Of a stretch of DNA of 64,000 nucleotides, positions 59,624 to 64,000 are shown one piece after another. The stretch comes from the human T2T-CHM13v2.0 reference genome, Homo sapiens. The notes under the pieces were generated by a model that ran no database searches, was not told where the DNA came from, and was given only the letters and a program-made list of their open reading frames with translations. The stretch is taken from the NCBI RefSeq assembly GCF_009914755.1, contig NC_060925.1. The stretch is one strand, 5' to 3'. How positions within the stretch are numbered: the first letter of the stretch is position 1; each line of letters begins with the position of its first letter. The position numbers and the translations under genes are program-made.

Positions 59624-60055
59624 CTGCACAACAGAGATGGAGCCTCGTGAGAACCAGCATTTCCTCGCGAGGCCCCTGCCGCCCTTGGCCCAGAGCTTGT
59701 ACGTCACCACCCAGCCCCAGGAGAATCTCAGCAGGCCCGTACTCTGACCTACTGGGCTTTTCGCCCCAAACCAGGGCACACAGACCACTCAAACCAACCA
59801 ATCAAAGCAGAGATTCCACCAGAAAGAGAGGAAACTAAGACCAGATGAATGGTCTTAGTTCCCAAACCTCAGCAGTTACAACTTGGAATTGAAGTGGGCA
59901 TGGAACAGACCCACCAATCAGAGCCAAGCTCCCTAGTTCCACCAGTCAGAGCTGAGCCCTTCCTCCAAATCCCACCAATCAGAGCACATCTCTTCCTCAA
60001 GTGCCACCACAGTATTCCCGAGCCCCACCAATCAGAGAGGAAGGAGGCTGCTCAC

Positions 60056-60263
60056 CCAGCCTCTGAAGTATCTCCTGGGCATTGGGCTCCTTGCAGAGAG
60101 GCTTGAGTTCTTCTGGAAAGTTCGGGTTGCTACAGAGGATGGGAACCACAGGTTCACCAGGGATGGGTGCAAAGTTCCTGAGTTTCCCAACCCTGGGCTC
60201 CTGGGGCTCCTGGAGGTCTTTGAGCTTCTTCACTGACTCCAGAGAAAAGGAGAAATTTCCATC
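60056..60263 (-). CDS. GUCA2A: GUCA2A exon 2 (pro-region)
   Basis: Acceptor ctctcttccag|GAT; encodes DGNFSFSLESVKKLKDLQEPQEP...LCSNPNFPEELKPLCKEPNAQEILQRL; donor G|GTGAG (phase 1). Confidence 0.98.
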
Positions 60264-61290
60264 CTGGAAGAGAGAAGCCCAGAGCATGAGGCCAGGCTGC
60301 AGCCTGCTTCCTGGCTGTGCCCCCCGTGCTGGCCCCGGTCCAGCCCAGTGGTGCTCACAGGCAGTGTTCGTGGCATATGGGAGCCAGGCGATCCACAGTG
60401 GGGCACTGTGAGGGGCAGAGTTCAGGCCCCACGTCCTGGCTTGGCTCCGTGATGCTGGACACTCTGGAACCCGCAAATTCTGCATGTTGTATGGGGAATG
60501 GAGAAAATGGGTGTGAAGCTCCAGGAACACCATAGGTGCCTAATGAGTAGGAGCCAGTGTGCTGATTTTTAGGGAGAGGCAAAGGACCAGCACCCAGGCA
60601 TCGTAGTTCCACGTGGCCAAGCCCAGGCTGTCTTTCCCCTGCCTGAGAGCGGTGCGGCTGATTACTGGGCCCCCAGCTCCAGCCTGCAGCCTGGTTTTGG
60701 TTTGAGAAGCAATAAAAGGCCTCCCGGAATCTGGCTTTGATAGAGATCAGGGCCCCCGCTAGGTGCCAGCTTGGCCTGTCGCCAGCATTGGCACTGGTAG
60801 GCATACCCATCTGTCAGGACCTCCAGGGTGTCCATGTGGTTCCTGGGACCCACTGAGGAGTAAGGTCTGGATTTAAATCCAGCTCCTGCACTTCCCACAG
60901 CCATGTGCCCATGGCCTGTTACAGAACCTTTGTGAGGCTCAGTTTTCCCCTCTGTAAAATGGGACTAATGATCCCTTTCTTCCAGGTTGATAGTGGAGCC
61001 ACAGTGAGGGGCTGGGGAAGGAGCCGGCACATAGGACACTCAGTAAATTGGCCAACTCCCCGCCTTCCCCATATGGTTATTCCTCTTCCCTCCACTGGGT
61101 TTCTTTCTCCTCCAAAGTTGAAGGGAAAGGTGTGTGTGTGGCTGGACTGAGCAGGAGCTCCTCGAAGAAGGCCAAGCCTGGGACACACACCCTCAATCCA
61201 GCCCCAAAGAGGAGGTACTCTCTCAGGGGACCAGACCTGGGCACTAGGGGCAGGGAGCCAGCTGGGCCGGGGTAGGGACACAGGACTCAC

Positions 61291-61365
61291 CTGCACGGTG
61301 ACCCCTCCTGCCAAGGCGGCCCAGGCCCCAAGGAGGCACAGTGCGAAGAGCAGGAAGGCATTCAT
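61291..61365 (-). CDS. GUCA2A: GUCA2A exon 1 coding part (prepro-guanylin signal peptide)
   Basis: MNAFLLFALCLLGAWAALAGGVTVQ then CAG|GTGAGT (phase 0). Complement join 61291-61365, 60056-60263, 59559-59623 gives 115 aa plus stop. Confidence 0.98.
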
Positions 61366-61422
61366 GGCAGCAGTGCCCGAGAGAGGGGTGGCTGTTCTGG
61401 ATGCCAGGGGGAAGCGGCGGGA

Positions 61423-61528
61423 CTTTTAAAGAGGGCAGGTTACTGAGTAACCTGGAAGCCTCTGTCAGTCTCATCTGCTCACCTGTCAGGCCTTATCAGA
61501 TAAGGCTCGAGACAGCCCTAGGAGATAA
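61423..61528 (-). promoter_or_regulatory. GUCA2A proximal promoter: TATA-like box, HNF1 site, GATA sites
   Basis: TTTAAAAG on - at 61423-61430; palindromic GTTACTGAGTAAC at 61439-61451 (HNF1-type); TTATC/GATAA pair at 61490-61506; AGATAA at 61523-61528. Confidence 0.8.
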
Positions 61529-62765
61529 GAGCCAGGCAGGGGGGGCCCCGGCCCCTCCCTGAGCACCTACTTTGACCCACAGCCGGGCTGGGTCCTGCAT
61601 TCATTCACCAACAAGGCACATTCACTCACGACTGCCCTGTGCTGCTGTGTGGGGCCGGCAGACCCTGCCCTTGAGGAGGGGGGCCCAGCCCGACAGTGAA
61701 ACGCAAGGCGATTAGGGTGGGGTGATTAGGATGAGGTGACGGGGCTGCACTGGGGGCTGAGCTCTGGAGAATGGGTGGAAGTTTTCCCAGAGAAGGGACT
61801 GAGGACAGAAGGCCATTTCATGCCAAAGGGACAGCCAGGAGGTGAGACGGGCCTGGAATATTCAGGGAAATGTGAGAAATTCCACGGGGGAGGCTGCAGG
61901 GCAAGTCAGGGTCTGGGTTTGATTGCCGCGACCTCAAGGAAGCCCTCCGCACAGCCTGGGTTCCGTTCCACCTACTGCCCAGTTGTGAGGCGTGTGAACT
62001 TGGGCCAATGCTTTCCCCTCTCTGAGTCTCGTTGTCCCTTGTGTCCCCTGTGGGAACCAAAAATAATACCTACCTCATGGGGTAGGTGTGTGGTAGGCAT
62101 TACTGTTTGGAGAATCAAGTGAGGTTTTAAAAACATTTAGCTCAATGCCTGGCACACAGAAGGTGCTCAGCAGAGGTCCATTCCCATATTATTTTTAGCA
62201 GCCACAGCAGCTCCTGGTCCTCCCTGGCCCCTCTGGTGACCTCCTGCCTGTCTGAGTCACAGGCTGTCCCCATCCTGTGCTGGTCCCCATCCTGTCCTGC
62301 CTGCCCTGCAGCCTCAGGGTGTCCTCGAATGAGCTCCTCCCCAATCCGCCCGCCCCCCTTGCCCCTGCAGATACAGTCCCCTTTCCGCGGATCTCACTGG
62401 GGAATTGCTTGGGTGTGCCCGCGCCCCTATAGACTCTGACCCCATTCAGACTGCGCCCTCAGGGCAGCGTGCATTCACTGTGTGCTGTTGTGAGCAGGAA
62501 TCCCCAGGACACAGGAGAAAGGGTAGCCCTGGGATTGTCATCTTTCTACTCAGCCAACCTGGCCCGATGCCAGGACAGCCCTGGGGCGGGAGGTTGGGCA
62601 GGAATTCCTGGGTGGGGAGAGTCAACACTGAAGAGGGAATTGGAGAGAGCAGGGCCTGACCAGGAGGGAACTGCAGGGACAAGGCCCTCAGGGAGGGGCA
62701 GGTAGCTCCTGGCCCAGCTCCCAGGGCAGTCCTCACAGCTGCACTGGATTTCCCACCCCTTTCTG

Positions 62766-62766
<1 letters not shown>

Positions 62767-62796
<30 letters not shown>

Positions 62797-64000
62797 TTAA
62801 GGGGGGGTGTGTCTGCGGAGATGTGTATGTCTGTGTATGCCAAGGTGTCTGTATATACCCTGATGGGTGTGTGTAGCCAAGGTGTGTTTGTATGTGTGCT
62901 TGTGCTGAAGGTGTGTGTGTGCTGAGGCATGTGTGTACACTGAGGAGTGTATGTGTATATATGCTGAGGTGTATGTGTGTGTATGCTGAGGGGTATATGT
63001 GTGTCCGTGTACACCAAGGTATCTGTGTCTGTGCAAGGAGGTGTGCATATATACATCGAGGTGTGTGTGTCAGTGTGTATATACACAGGCGCGTGTGTGT
63101 ACACCGAGGTGTGTGTGTTTGCTGGGATGTGTGTCTGCTGGGGTGTCTGCTGGGGTGTGTGTATGTGCACTGAGGTATGTGTGTGTGTATGCTCATGTGT
63201 GTATATGCACTGAGATATGTGTGTGTATGTGCACTGAGGTGTGTGTGTGTATGCTGAGCTGAGTGCATCTGCTGTGTTGTGCGTGTGTGTGCCGAGGTGT
63301 GTGTATACACTGAGGTGCATGTGTGCGCTGAGGTGTGTGTGTGCTGACGTGTGTGAGTGCTGACGTGTGTGTATACACTGAGGTGCGTATGTGTGCTGAG
63401 GTGCGTATGTGTGCTGAGGTGTGTGTGTGCTGACGTGTGTGTATACACTGAGGTGTGTGTGTGTGTGCTGAGGTGTGTGTGTGTGCTGAGCTGTGTGTGT
63501 GCTGATGTGTGTGTATACACTGAGGTGTGTGTGAGTGCTGACGTGTGTGTATACACTGAGGAGCGTGTGTGTGCTGAGGTATGTGTGCGCTGATGTGTGT
63601 GTATACACTGAGGTGCGTGTGTGTGCTGAGGTGTGTGTGTGCTGACATGTGTGTATACACTGAGGTGCGTGTATGTGCTGAGGTGTGTGAGTGCTGACGT
63701 GTGTGTATACACTGAGGTGTGTGTGCGCTGACGTGTGTGTATACACTGAGGTGTGTGTGCTGACGTGTGTATACACTGTGTGTGTGCTGAGGTGTGTGTG
63801 TGTGCTGAGCTGTGTGTGTGCTGATGTGTGTGTATACACTGAGGTGTGTGTGAGTGCTGACATGTGTGTATACACTGAGGAGCGTGTGTGTGCTGAGGTA
63901 TGTGTGCGCTGATGTGTGTGTATACACTGAGGTGCGTGTGTGTGCTGAGGTGTGTGTGTGCTGACATGTGTGTATACACTGAGGTGCGTGTATGTGCTGA
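62767..64000. repeat. TG-rich compound minisatellite (VNTR), truncated by the window end
   Basis: Units GTGTGTATACACTGAG / GTGTGTGCTGAG / GTGTGCTGAC; higher-order period of 319 bp (63491 vs 63810, 63561 vs 63880). Confidence 0.95.

Noticed and set aside
59795-60040. CRISPR-like repeat-spacer appearance
   Set aside because: Eukaryotic intron, 13-bp repeats, irregular spacers and no cas genes; kept only as a CCAAT array.
60919-61290. Extension of the GUCA2A exon 1 ORF to 148 aa
   Set aside because: Read-through into intron 1 past a strong GTGAGT donor.
62546-63979. Long His/Thr-rich ORFs (477, 380 and 244 aa)
   Set aside because: Translations of the TG/CA minisatellite, which lacks stop codons by composition; no coding features.

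Overview
Human (primate) genomic DNA, recognisable as chr1p34 on the HIVEP3-FOXJ3 interval. The only intact protein-coding genes are the two guanylate cyclase C (GUCY2C) ligand precursors, arranged tail-to-tail: GUCA2B (prepro-uroguanylin, + strand, 3 exons, 112 aa) and GUCA2A (prepro-guanylin, - strand, 3 exons, 115 aa). Each has a TATA-type box, a proximal HNF1-type site and an AATAAA. The first ~49 kb is repeat-rich (Alu, L1, L2, MIR, MaLR/ERVL LTRs, hAT/mariner fossils). The most interesting unexplained signal is in the non-repeat islands of that intergenic stretch. By eye, several translate on the + strand into broken motifs resembling TRIM RING / B-box / coiled-coil / PRY-SPRY (B30.2) domains, partly in the correct order, which suggests a fossil tandem TRIM cluster. 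This is unconfirmed and needs a profile search. Other observations: local templated duplications (one inverted), an orphan CpG island with a full CTCF motif nearby, an NF-kB/IRF/CRE motif cluster, a CCAAT array in GUCA2A intron 2, and a higher-order TG minisatellite upstream of GUCA2A. Repeat boundaries and subfamilies were assigned by eye and are approximate.
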